Shown one piece after another: positions 1 through 11,477 of a stretch of DNA of 64,000 bases. The position numbers and the translations under genes are program-made. The notes beneath the pieces were generated by a model. That model was not told the origin of the DNA and ran no database searches. It saw nothing but the letters and a program-made list of their open reading frames with translations. This DNA is from Selaginella moellendorffii. Lineage: Eukaryota; Plantae; Lycopodiophyta. The stretch covers positions 1-64,000 of the forward strand of contig NW_003314427.1 of assembly GCF_000143415.4 (NCBI RefSeq), in the 5' to 3' direction. How positions within the stretch are numbered: position 1 is the first letter of the stretch; every line of letters begins with the position of its first letter.

Positions 1-477
1 GCGGAAGACAAGATCCCGGAACTTATCCGATCTTGAGAGTATGAAAGCTTTCATCTTTGTTCTAATTCTTTCTTTCGTTTTTTTTTTTGGTTTTTTTTTG
101 TTTTTTCTTTTTTTTTTTGCATAGAACATCAGCAATGCCGAGGTAGAATCGAAGCTGGAAGCCGTGAGAGGACTGTGGCAGCGGTTTGTGTACCGTGATG
201 CGATCTTGCTAGAGGCAAGGAGGCAAACGAAGGATTGGAATCACTACCAGGATTGGGCTCAGCAATACGAGACGTTGCTCGAAGACGATGTCTTTGCAAC
301 AGTGATACAAGTAAGTATCACAAACAACAGTGACACAAACTCTCAGCTAAAGTTTTGTCTTTTTTGGTTTCCTCTCCCCAGGCATTGCATTACAAGCTTC
401 ACAACGATCCATGGCGAGCAAAGCTCCCGAAAAGAGAGTGGGGAATCCCACCAAGTTGCGGTATCAATCGCGCGTGA
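1..477 (+). pseudogene. 3' end of exostosin-family (GT47, At3g57630-like) glycosyltransferase, copy 1; apparent 1-nt frameshift near position 28
   Basis: Exons 1-38, 125-310 and 382-477 with GT-AG introns give AEDKIPELI/ILR-NISNAEVESKLEAVRGLWQRFVYRDAILLEARRQ...DDVFATVIQ-ALHYKLHNDPWR...*, matching the recalled C-terminus of EGF-exostosin proteins. The gene begins upstream of the window. Confidence 0.75.
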
Positions 478-547
478 CAAACTTTTTTTGTTCTCTCAGA
501 GAAGACCCAAAGAAGGAATTTTTACATGACACGTTTTTAGGGCTTCT

Positions 548-959
548 ATGTTCTTCGATCTTAATGTTTACGGTGATGGCAGCCGAGGCGGGGAGCGCTG
601 GCAGCTGGGATACACCGGCGTCGAAATTCCTCACATTGTCAAGGCCGTGATGCGCGAGGAGTGCCGACTCGCGGCATTGCCTGAGTCTCCAACAAGATCC
701 CATTCCGGCAGTACTCGAGAATCAGAGTCGTGGTCGTGGATCAAGTGCGAGCTGGCGGCTCTCAATCCTTCCAATCCCGTGATTCAATTTTATGATATGG
801 TTGCTGTCCAGCCGATGAACCAGCAAGCGTTTGCTCAAGCTTGCACGACCATGGAGGTAAGAACGAGAATTTTCGATCTCTCTTTTATGGCTTTGTCTCT
901 TGGTTGATGTGATAAGCTTGAAGAAGTTGTCTTTGAGGATCAAATCTTCTCCCTTGACA
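548..959 (+). pseudogene. RPP30: Truncated RNase P/MRP subunit p30 copy
   Basis: Near-identical to 9989-10536 but with several internal deletions and frameshifts; homology stops abruptly at about 959. Confidence 0.85.
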
Positions 960-2850
960 TATAGCCTTTCTTAGTCAATCTATACCTGGAATATTCAATT
1001 ATACTCAATCAAGGTTTAATGCTATGTATCACAGATAAAAACTATCTACAATGACTTAAGATCCACTCAATTGCAGTAACAAATTCCTTGAATCCAAGAA
1101 AATTTTGCCACTTAGAATCAACCCAGTCTTGAGAAGAGGAATTATGACCTCTTGAGAAGAAGAACAGATAGGAATTATGACCAAAATCATTCCATACCTG
1201 CTTGAGATCTGTCTGGGGACACCAAGAATTTCACTGCATCGGTGCTGGTGATACACGCATCCCCATCTGTGGCGAGAATATATTGCTAGCAATGAATGGC
1301 AAAAGCCATCCAAAGCAAACACTATTGCCACCACCACTATCCCTAGCATTACCGCCACCACCACCACCAACAGCACCATTGCCTCCTCACCAGCATCAAC
1401 ATCAACTCTGTGCAATGCTTTCTCAAATTCGCCCCACTCCAGGCTAGGTATTAGGGGACGATATTCTTTATTGGCATGCTCGTGAACAAGAGGGCTGAGA
1501 GTTGCATATTGTACCCAGGCCATCGCCACAAAGGCCAATATGTTTCAAAGTTATGGTTTTTGATGAGGAGGAGCTCGGGAACTGCCACCAAAGAGAACTA
1601 TCAGTGAAGTACTTTTTGATTTTATTGGATTCTGGTTGAGGCACCAAAATGCTTTGGAGAATCAGTCATCTGATACCTAAACCTCTAGAACAGTATCACA
1701 AAATCTCTAAACTCCACATTGCATGGCATTCTCTAGCCCCTAAACAACTGATCGCTAGCTTGACAAGATCATGAGGTGGTGCTCTTGCAAAAAATGTAGC
1801 TCCTCCTCATAACCCCTAGAGCAACCCATTCATGGTTTGGAGGCCTGGGTGCCAACTCACACATATCACTATCCTCTTGTCCACACAAAGCTACTAATTA
1901 CACTATAAAATCTAGTTGGTGAGGAGCACTCTAGCAAGTTTTGATCTGAAAAGAGCTGGCAAAGAGTTGAGGTGTATCTTGCTTTTGATTTTAAAATACA
2001 TTTATCCTAATACTACTCAAACCCAAAAAAGTTTAATGCCATAAAATCTTTAATTGATTAGAAAAGGGTCTTTGAACTTTCTCTCAACCCATACATGTAT
2101 GGCAGGCTAATCCTTTTTTGTTTCCTGTTATAAAATTTCTAAGCATATTTTAAACTGATATTTCCACTGTTAAATTTTTCTTTAATTTGTTTATAATCAA
2201 TGCACCTTATCACTAATACAAACCTTTTGCTAGTAATGTAAATAGAGAAATACTTTGGCCAGATTCGGCTCTTCTATAGAAGCTCACTTCAGCAGAAAGT
2301 ATATCACCAAGCTCAAACTAATGGATCTATGTTTATATGGATGACAATCAAGAATATATGGAGTTATCCCTTCCAAATCCATGGACTTTAGGACCTGTTA
2401 TCACCAATTTAGTATTCTCTAAGTCTAGCTAGATTCACTTAAACACATGAAACTAAATATGCACACTAAAATATTTAGGAATATATTCCTAGGGTTTGTG
2501 ATAGTTGGAGAACACTTAGAAAGAATGTATTAAGCATAATTTCCTTATAGAGGTTGGCTCTAATTGTATAATAGCAGGTTTTTAAACAAAGGTCATTGCT
2601 AGACAATGTTTATTTGGTTGATTCATAGGTGGTGGTGCATTGTTTTCATAGTAGTCACAAGTTTTATAAGACATCAAAGAGAAAAGGATAGTTAGTATAG
2701 TACATGTGATCATGTGATGAGATTTGAATATATTATCACTATGGATTTTTGGACTTGAAAAATAAATTGAGATAAAATAGTGATTAAGGGCTCTCTCATC
2801 AAGCAATTGCCCTTTTTTTAATTGGCTTAAGAGGAGTGTGGACCATTCTA
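960..2850. mobile_element. Decayed retroelement/LTR remnant
   Basis: AT-rich, no intact ORF. 2715-2840 is homologous to the LTR-like segment at 7635-7780 (shared gataaaatag...taagggctct...tcaagcaattgcc). Confidence 0.45.
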
Positions 2851-3339
2851 GAGCTTACGAGTTGAAGAGTTGAGTCCACGAGTTGAGTTCAATTTTCAAT
2901 TGTAATTTAATACAACATTATAAAACTTAAAATATTAAGGTTATGGCAAGCCTAATAATTTTACAACTCTCTATATAGTATATAGATAAAAATATTCTAA
3001 AGGACAATTCTTGGTCTAACAATTTAAATATTAATTAAATGTTATAATAGAGATGTTAGAACATAAAATAAGATTTTTGCAAAAAAAAAGTATTCTTATT
3101 ACTTCTTTAAATCTGTATTTTATATTTTCTAGCTAGTAAATATTAGGTTTGTTAGACTTAAAAAATTATTAAATTTGAATAAAATTCTATATAAAACCAT
3201 ATAACCGTTTGAAAGGTAAAAGAACAACCATTGATATAAGCTTATTACAAATAAAAGAGAGACTTAGTTCTTCTCTAAAATACATTGTTGAGAGGTTTAT
3301 CATAGTATAGTGTTTAGAATTTATGAATTTTCATTTGTA

Positions 3340-5063
3340 TGTAAACAACCAAAGAGAACGACTTGAAAGATGATCCATGAATAATAATGCACCCCCTTTT
3401 TCAATTAATTAAGGGTCTTGGGGGGTTAAGTGTTTTTGAGTTTGAATAATATTGGGTTTGGTGACCTCCTGGGAAGTTCAAACTTAAAAACTTACATTTG
3501 GTATTAAAGTAGTCTCAGGTTCGACTCTATTAATTAGCTAAGGAAATCACACCATATGTTAATTGACATATGATAAGTTCAATTTGCTCCGGCTGAGCTC
3601 AAACCAGAGGGTAGATGTAAAGAACCAACTCGCCGTGGTGTCGTAGGCTAAATGAACCCCAAAAGCATGACCAAAATGACAAAGAGTTCATTGGATGGGA
3701 CCAAGTCGAAGATCGAGTCCAAGGCCGACTCTAGGACCGAGTTCGAGATAGAGTCCGGAATTGAGTCCGAGACCGACTCGGGGACCGAGTTCGAGTTCGA
3801 GTTCGAGACCGAGTTCGAGACGGAGTCCGAGATCTGAAATCGGGTCTGAGACAGAGTCCGAGGTCGAGTCCAAGGTCGGGTCCGAGATCGGGTCCGAGAT
3901 CGAGTTCGAAATCGAGTCCGAGACCGAATCCGAAGTCGGATCCAAAATCGGGTCCGAGATCGAGCCAAAGACTAAGTCTAAATACTAATACAGGTCAAGG
4001 GGTGAAAGCCCAAAGCGTGCGTCTCCCAGGGGGGGGGGGGGGCTGCAGGGGGTTCCAAAAGTATAGTAGGGATAGTGAGGTCCAGGAACCAGTCTTGAAG
4101 GAACTCTCCAGTGGTGCTTCCAAACTGACTTGAGGTTGAAACTGGGGCCCAAAGGCCTTGGGTGGGAGTGAGCATGGGCTTGAGTGGTGCCGGAGGGGCC
4201 ACCCAGGGAAGTGCTCAAGAGCAGCTCCCACTCCCGAAAGGGAAACTGACTACGGTGCTCCCGACTCATGTGGAGTGGTGCCCCACTTGAGTACCTTGGG
4301 GCTCATTGGTCCTCGCCCTTCCTAGGGGCTTGGGCCTTCCCTTCGGGATGGAAGTGGGGGGGTAGAGGTACCCATACCGGGCCGTTAGGCCACGGTGTTT
4401 TGCCCCGACGTCCCGAAGCAAGTGCTGCACCCAAGACTTGGGATTTAGAGGGTCCCATGATCAAGTCTTGGGGTACCAAGGGGTGTTAGGAATCTGGAGG
4501 CTTGGTGTGCTTGGCTGCTTGTGCCTGCGGGGAGTGTAGCCGAACCTTAAGTCCAGTCTAACCAGGGGAGGGGGATTGGGAGAGATTTGGGATATCCGTA
4601 GATGGATGGCTAACACTCCGTTGCTTGTGCAGTGAGTAGCTGAAACCAAGTAGGACCAAGTAGGAGCTGGTACCATAGGCGGGAACCTTGGCGAGGGAAC
4701 TTAGCACAAGCTAAGGCAGAGTTGGTCGAATAGACGAGGTAAGCTGGCAAATTGGAAAGGAAAAATTTGTGGCTTACAGTAGGGTATCAAGAGAGTGAGG
4801 CTCTCAGGAGAGCTATGGCTCTCAACTTCTATTCACAAGAGCGTGAACTTGTAGGAAAATATGGTAGATTATAAGTAATCAAAGAGAACAACTTGAGAGA
4901 TGATTCATAAGGTTCAAATATAGGGGGAAAGAACTTATAAATAAAAGTACATCCCTTTTTCCAATTGGTTAATGGTCTTAAGATATATGGGATTAAGTGT
5001 TCTTGAGTTTAAATAATACTGGGTTGGGTAACTTTTTAGGAAGTCCAAATTCAAGAGCTTACA
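3340..5063 (+). mobile_element. Non-autonomous Cassandra-like TRIM with 5S rRNA-derived LTRs
   Basis: LTR1 3340-3496 and LTR2 4870-5063, both ending TTACA. Decayed Met-PBS TGGTATTAAAGT 3499-3510, purine-rich PPT-like tract 4851-4869, TSD TTGTA/TCGCA. 5S-like 56 nt blocks at 3424-3479 and 4991-5046. No coding capacity. Confidence 0.8.
3700..3980. repeat. Degenerate 6-bp tandem array (GAGTCC/GAGATC/GAGTTC/GAGACC)
   Basis: Directly visible hexamer periodicity; it accounts for the low-complexity ORFs in several frames. Confidence 0.9.
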
Positions 5064-7600
5064 TCGCACTTTTATTCGAAAAGAGGGAAATATACACAAA
5101 CATATATGAATTCTAATGTTGGTAATTTGAACTCTTGTTTTATTTCAATACAAGAGAAAGAAAGAAAGGATAATGAAGATAATGATTACAAGTTGGAGAT
5201 AAATGCAATGACAAAGAGTGCAACAAATTGGGTGAAAAAGAATTCTGTCCTATTTGTTTTAGAAAATTGCAATTCCATGACTTTCAAGAAATGTTTTATA
5301 TGTTTTCTGGCTTCTGGTGGAAACAATGGGAATGGTCAGTATTATGATATATATACTCGTGCGATACACTACAATATCACACACTTAAAAGACTACCATG
5401 AAATATTTTTTGAGATGGTAAAGACAAAAATGGAGACACATGAGTACTATGGGCAATATTGCAAAAAGAACATTTGCAAGTATATGAAATGAAAAAATGT
5501 ATTTTTATTAATTATATAAAGTATAAGAAGTTTATATTATTGATAGAGAATAAACATCAATAGTCTTGGGAAATCTAGTTAACTCCGAAAGTCTTTTGCA
5601 ACTCAACAATGGTAAAGCTTACTTGGTGTATATAAATATCCACTTTAGGATCCTGGTGTAAGATGTTGATAAAAATATAGTATATATGCTTGTAAGGAGT
5701 ATATACTTTCCCATGTTCCTCACGTTTTATAAAGTTTGGACATTTGCAAGAAAGAAAGTCTTGAATAGCAATTGTGTATTCTCCACCTTCTATTTTGATT
5801 ATGTATTCCTTTGCAAGTATAGTGATATACTTTGTGTAGAGAATCTCACACTCAAGCATTTGAGCTAAGCTTATTTTACCCTACTTTTGCTTAGAGATGG
5901 TATTAATAAATTTAATTGCCTTACCTTTTCTTGTTGGCCTCCTATACATCTCTATGAGAACAGTCTTGGTTTTGTTGCTTATGTCTTCAATTCTCCTCTC
6001 AAGATTGAAACAAGATTTCTCACGGTTTTCAATCTCATCTGAGATGAATGCCACCCCATTAACAACCATTCTTTAGGTACTACATTAGGTTTAGTCACTA
6101 TAGTGTCTTCAAACTGCTTTGTATAGTTGGCATTGGTGTTGCAACAATATAACCAACACCATCTCGAAAATCTTGCTTGCTTTTATTCCTCATAGAAACA
6201 TAGGGCTGGAACGGAAGTAAACTTGTCATCATGGATCCAAACCTAACACTTACCTCTCAGAAGTACTCTCACACACTTTATATTGGATTTTGTTAGCATT
6301 TGATAGATTGCCCATTGCTTCAATTCCACACTATAGTAAGCAATTTCAACTTATTGTGATATGCTCTCTTCATTAACTATTTGAGGTGGCTTGGTCTGGA
6401 AGTGGTGTTTTCGAGTAGAATATTAGGTATGTAAGATTTTTTTGCTCCAATGTTTGTACCAATTTTTTCATCAACAAAAGAAAAGCAATATTTTGAACGG
6501 ACAGCCTTCATATCACCAATAGAAGCCTAAGGAGTGTACTCTATAGATGTGTTGTAAATCACTTCCTCCATTGTAGTTACCACTGTTCATGCTGGTAGAG
6601 TCACTTTCTTCTTCATTTGATCGTGTAACATTTTAACTGAAGATTTTGTTCCTATATATCTTCGTTTATTAAATGCTAAGGCTTTTGAATACTACTTTAT
6701 AACATGTATCAAATCCAATAGATGTGCTTCGTATAGACTTTTCTTCCCTTTCCATGCCTCAAAAGAACACTAGCTCCAATACTTATTTTTTGAGAGATTC
6801 ACAATTGGGGTGTATGCAAGATCCTTAAGTGGTTGGTCCTTGAAAAAGATGATATTAAAAAATAATAAAAAGAGAAGAAAAACAAAAAACCAACCTAAAA
6901 AGAGTGATGCCCCCATTAGAACATTTTAACTTTCCACCACCCCAACCATGATTCAAGTTTTGGTAGATAATTTATGTTTATATGGCCATCTTCACACCAC
7001 CACATTTGGATCTTATTTGATTTTGCCTCATGCACTTTTTCAGAATGTGCAATTTAGCAATGTTTGCACAATTCTTTAAATGCTAATTGGAAAACTAGCT
7101 TGATAAGGTGGTTGTGTTGGTTTAGGCTCTAAACCTAATGGAACTCATAAGTTCTCTCACAACATTCCAGGTTGACTATTCCCAAAAATTGGCTGGATGC
7201 CATTCCAATTAGCCTTAGCCCCATTTTCCATGAAACTGTAAAAGTTGGTAGACTTACTAATCCATTTCAATACAATGTTGACTTCCAAAATATTTCCTAG
7301 GCTATCTAGTTTTTTACTTTAAACTTTGTTATTGCAATTGTCAAGTTGGAACGTAACTTATGAAAAGGGCAATACTTAAAAGCATTTTAAGACAATAAGA
7401 AAACATAATTGCTTTAGATTATACACATGAGTTCCCATGGTTGTCCAACTTGATACCCTCTCCATATGGTTAAAATGTATCCATACATTAGTAAAGTCAT
7501 TCAACCTAGACATATCCATTTGAGAGATAAGATCTATACTAGAGGTAGGGCCTATAATAAAGATTTTGAAGATAAAGGGGCGCTCCTACTCACTAACGAC
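5064..7600 (-). mobile_element. Decayed DNA-transposon-like remnant with SWIM zinc-finger fragment (host of the Cassandra-like insertion)
   Basis: ORF 5575-5859 has YTIAI..SCKCPNF...PYKHIYYIF, a SWIM CxC..CxH pattern with C>Y. The sequence continues 3170-3339 across the insertion. Confidence 0.5.
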
Positions 7601-7634
7601 TTGATCTGGGAATAAACTCTGAAAGATAAACTCG

Positions 7635-8062
7635 TAAGGATAAATTTTAAATATACTATCACCACGGATCCTTATAATTTTGGGAGATAAATGGGGATAA
7701 AATAGCCACTAAGGGCTCTATAATCAAGCAATTGCCTCTTTTTTAGTTGGTTTAGTGGAAGAGAGATAGGGTGTATTACATATGGTATCAGAGCAAATGG
7801 CATGGGTTTGATTCCCATTAATTAGTGGCTACTTAAAAATATAATATACCCTTGAACAAGGTATATTCCTACCCCTAAATTTGAAATTATATATTGAGCA
7901 TTCATGCATACGTCCTTCCTTTTGGTGGAGCATCCATGGACAAAGGTATCTATCATGGGACTGCGGTATAGGTGGATGACTAATTGCCTCATATGGAATA
8001 GTTGGTCAAGCAATTGCCCCTTTTCTAATTGGCTTAAGAGGAGAGAAATAGGATGTGCTACA
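7635..8062 (+). mobile_element. LTR remnant/TRIM with perfect tRNA-iMet primer-binding site
   Basis: LTR end ...GTATTACA at 7780, PBS TGGTATCAGAGC 7783-7794, and a second partial copy of the LTR 3' end at about 8005-8062. Confidence 0.6.
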
Positions 8063-9289
8063 CAAGTTCACTTATTTGTTAAATTTTGTATATAATATCA
8101 ATGAAAGCTACTTGAGTTTCATATGGAGACAACAAGCACTATTCCTAAAATCTGGAGAAAGAAACTATGCTTTTTTTTTCCATTCTCAACCAAAGTTTAA
8201 TATGGTTGAATTTATATATATTCACTATTCACTTTCTAGAGTATGGGAGCTAGTTCAAACTTATTTCCATTTTGTATTCTTGCCATTTTCTCCTCATTCT
8301 CTCTTTTCCCACATTTTGAGTCTCTAGTTATCTACACAATTTTCCACTGGTTTTTCTTGTGTCTTTAAACGATAAACTCTTATCCCATCTTTTAATTTCA
8401 TCCCTAGTCACTTTGACTATTTTTAGCTTTCAATTCTCTTGTTCTCTTTGCCATCTTTTTTTTGTTTTAGCAATTATTTACTATATTCCAACACATAGAA
8501 GTTTTTAGGCCATAGCTTCTTGCGTGCTAGAGTCTTGTGCATCCCATTAGGGGTTGCTTATTATGCTGCTATATTATTGCTACTTTGTTCTCGCATTCCA
8601 GCTTTAGAGAGCATAGAAAATATTCTGAGCTCCCTTCATCCTTGTTACAAGAGGTATAGATCTAGAGTTCATCTCTATTTTTTCTTTTGTAATTAAGCTT
8701 GGAGTCGTGAGCATATGGGTATATATATAAGGGAGTAGAGCTGTGGTTGGGGTTAAGAGATGCCCCAACAATGACTTTAGAATATATAAATTTAAAGATT
8801 AAATATGATAATTTTAACATATAAATACATCATGAACTATATTAATACTAAATATACTATATTGCCAACTAAACCATACCTTCCAAAATATTTATATATA
8901 ATATAGTTAGAGTTCTTTGAAAGACATGAAGACTTCTTGCCCAACTAAAGTCATAATCCTTTTGAACGAGAAAATAATTTACATGTTTGATCCTTTGTCC
9001 CTAATGACTCCCTTTTTGGGTATAACTCTGATTAAACCTTGAGCTTGCATTTGCATTCCAATATGAGAAAACTTTATAAGAAATTTGACTACTTGAACCA
9101 ATCATAAGAAGGATCCACTAGTGCTGCTAAATAACTACAGACTAGCTTGTTTGCCACTTATAGCACTCAAGAGAGTTTTATTTTTACCCATGGTAATATA
9201 ATAATAATTTATAATAACTTTATCTCAAAGAGATTCTGGTCCAAGTAACAAGAAGCTTGATAGCTGCAAAGTTTGTTTTCTTAACACTG

Positions 9290-9925
9290 ACAGGCCTCAA
9301 GAAGAGCACAAAACACTTTAATTGAAACCTTGGAAAGGGGGTCTGCCCAACACTCTTATTGATGAATGCAGATATAGCATGGGAATTCACCGGAGAGTGG
9401 CTGAGGAGTTTGGATCAACTCCAAACAATCATGGAAGACTGGGAAGACAAGCAGCTCTAGACATGGTGGTGACACCACAGTGACACTTATGCCAAAGAGC
9501 TGCCAAGTTCTTGGTTTTGTGGAGTTTCTCTTGGCGATGGATGGAGCAGTCGCATGGAAGACGCAGTGTTCCATGGTTCATGTAAAGGAACAAGATCCCA
9601 AGAGTATGGAATCGTTTTTGCGTGGAACATGAGCGATACTGAGGTTGAATCAAAACTGGAAGCCGTGAGAGGACTGTGGCAGCAGTTTGTGTACCTGCTA
9701 GAGGCAAAGAAGGATTGGAATCACTACCAGGATTGGGCTCAGCAGTTGCTAGAAGATGATGTCTTTGCAACAGTGATACAAGTAATTATAAAACACAAAC
9801 TTTCAGCTAAAGTTCTTTCTTTTTAGCAAACGGCGATGATTTGATGAAGATGGAGAGATGATTACCAACCGAACAACTGACCAGAACTCAGGCATTGCAT
9901 TACAAGCTTCACAACGATCCATGTC
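9290..9925 (+). pseudogene. Degenerate exostosin (GT47) fragment, copy 2
   Basis: Remnant motifs YSMGIHRRVAEEFGSTPNNHGRLGRQ, GDGWSSRMEDAV and KLEAVRGLWQQFVY, with deletions, stops and a broken last exon; paralogous to 1-477. Confidence 0.75.
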
Positions 9926-9988
9926 TTTCCAAAAGTGACAAAACTTTTTTTGTTCTCTCAAAAAAGACCTATTTATTTCAGGGTTTCT

Positions 9989-11323
9989 ATGTTCTTCGAT
10001 CTTAACGTTTGTGGCGATGGCGGCAATGAGCAGCCGAGGCGGGAGGCGCTGGCCATGGCATTGCAGCTGGGATACACCGGCGTCGCCATTCCTCACATTG
10101 TCAAGGCCGTGATGCACGAGTCGGATCGCTGCAAGCTGCGGCCAATCAAGCCCGATGTGCTCCTCGCCGCATTGCCTGGGGTTTGTGAGTCTACGAAGTT
10201 CCATCGCCGCCTCCTGGGAGTCTCCAACAAGATCCCATTCCGGCAGTACTCGAGAATCAGCGTCGTGGTGGTGGATCAAGTGCAAGCGGCGGCTCTCAAT
10301 CCTTCCAATCCCGTGCTTCAGTCGTATGATGTGGTTGCTGTCCAGCCGATGAGCCAGCAATCGTTTGCTCAAGCTTGCACGACCATGGAGGTAAGAATGA
10401 GAACTTTCGACCTTTCTTCTATTTTTTTTTTATCTGATAGATCGTTGGATCCTGATTTTTTTTTTTCCAGGTTGATGTGATAAGCTTGAATTTGTCCCAG
10501 AAGTTGTCTTTCAGGATCAAATCTTCTGCCTTGACAGATGCGGCTATAGAGGTGAGATAGTTTTTCCATTTCCTAGCTTTAGTCCTTTGAAGAACTCACC
10601 TTGCCTTTTCTAACAGCGAGGAGTTTTCTTTGAGATCGTGTATGCCCCAGCTCTGGATGATCCAAACGCAAGAAAAGAGCTGTTCATAAACACTCAAGTA
10701 AGGAGTGTGTGTGTTTTTTTTTCTTCTCATTCTGGCACCATCTCGATATCCAGACGCTCGTGACTATGACACGCGGTCGTAACATCATCTTAAGCAGTGG
10801 TGCCCGAAACGCTTGCGAGATCCGGGGACCCAACGACGCGGCAAACCTGGCAACGCTGTTCGGGCTTACGATGGAGCAGGCAAGAGCTGCCATCTCCAAA
10901 AACTGCAAGTAAGGAGTGTCTCCCTCTTGTTTTCAACTTTTCTTTGCTTCACAAACTTCATTTCAACAACACAGCTCGGTACTTTTGCACGGATACACAA
11001 GGAAAAACACGTACAAGGCAGCCATCACTATTGAGACGGTGGAAAAGCCACTGTTTGACGTACCAAACGTCTGGGATCCTCTGGTAACCGAGGAGGACTG
11101 TGTTCTTCCGGAGGCCGAGGTATCCAAGGTGGAGGAGGACTGTGTTCTACCGGAGGCCGAGCTATCCAAGTTGGAGGAGGTTGTGGTGGATCAATCCTCT
11201 GCCGAAAAACAACCGTCCAAGAAGCGAAAGAGGTACAACACTCGCCAGAGCCTCAAAAGCATTTCTCTCTCGATCATTGCGGCAATGAATGGGGATGGCT
11301 CTAAGACTCACCAGAACGGGTAA
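9989..11323 (+). CDS. RPP30: RNase P/MRP protein subunit p30
   Basis: Exons 9989-10390, 10471-10551, 10617-10697, 10754-10908 and 10975-11323, all GT-AG and in frame. Motifs MFFDL, YDVVAVQP, RGVFFEIVYAPAL, NIILSSGA..EIRGPND. The exact 3' end is uncertain. Confidence 0.9.
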
Positions 11324-11477
11324 TAGTTTTTTCCATTTAATGAAACATTTGATCCTTGTGCCCTTCTGCCGGCAGAAGAGTACTAAGAAGGTTTGTTGTT
11401 GACGAGCTACTTTTTTTTCCATCTCTTTCTCACTCCAGGGTTTTGACTAGAAGTTTTCGTTCTCGACGCTTTTGGGA

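Noticed and set aside
3424-3479. Functional 5S rRNA gene
   Set aside because: Only the 3' half is present, it is diverged, and it is embedded in LTRs.
3648-3988. Repetitive RS/ESE-rich ORFs in several frames
   Set aside because: By-products of the hexamer tandem repeat.
4200-4370. Hammerhead ribozyme (retrozyme)
   Set aside because: Stems are present but I found no CUGAUGA/GAAA core on either strand.
9835-9880. Box C/D snoRNA (TGATGA...CTGA)
   Set aside because: Only about 40 nt between the boxes, no terminal stem, and it lies in a pseudogene.
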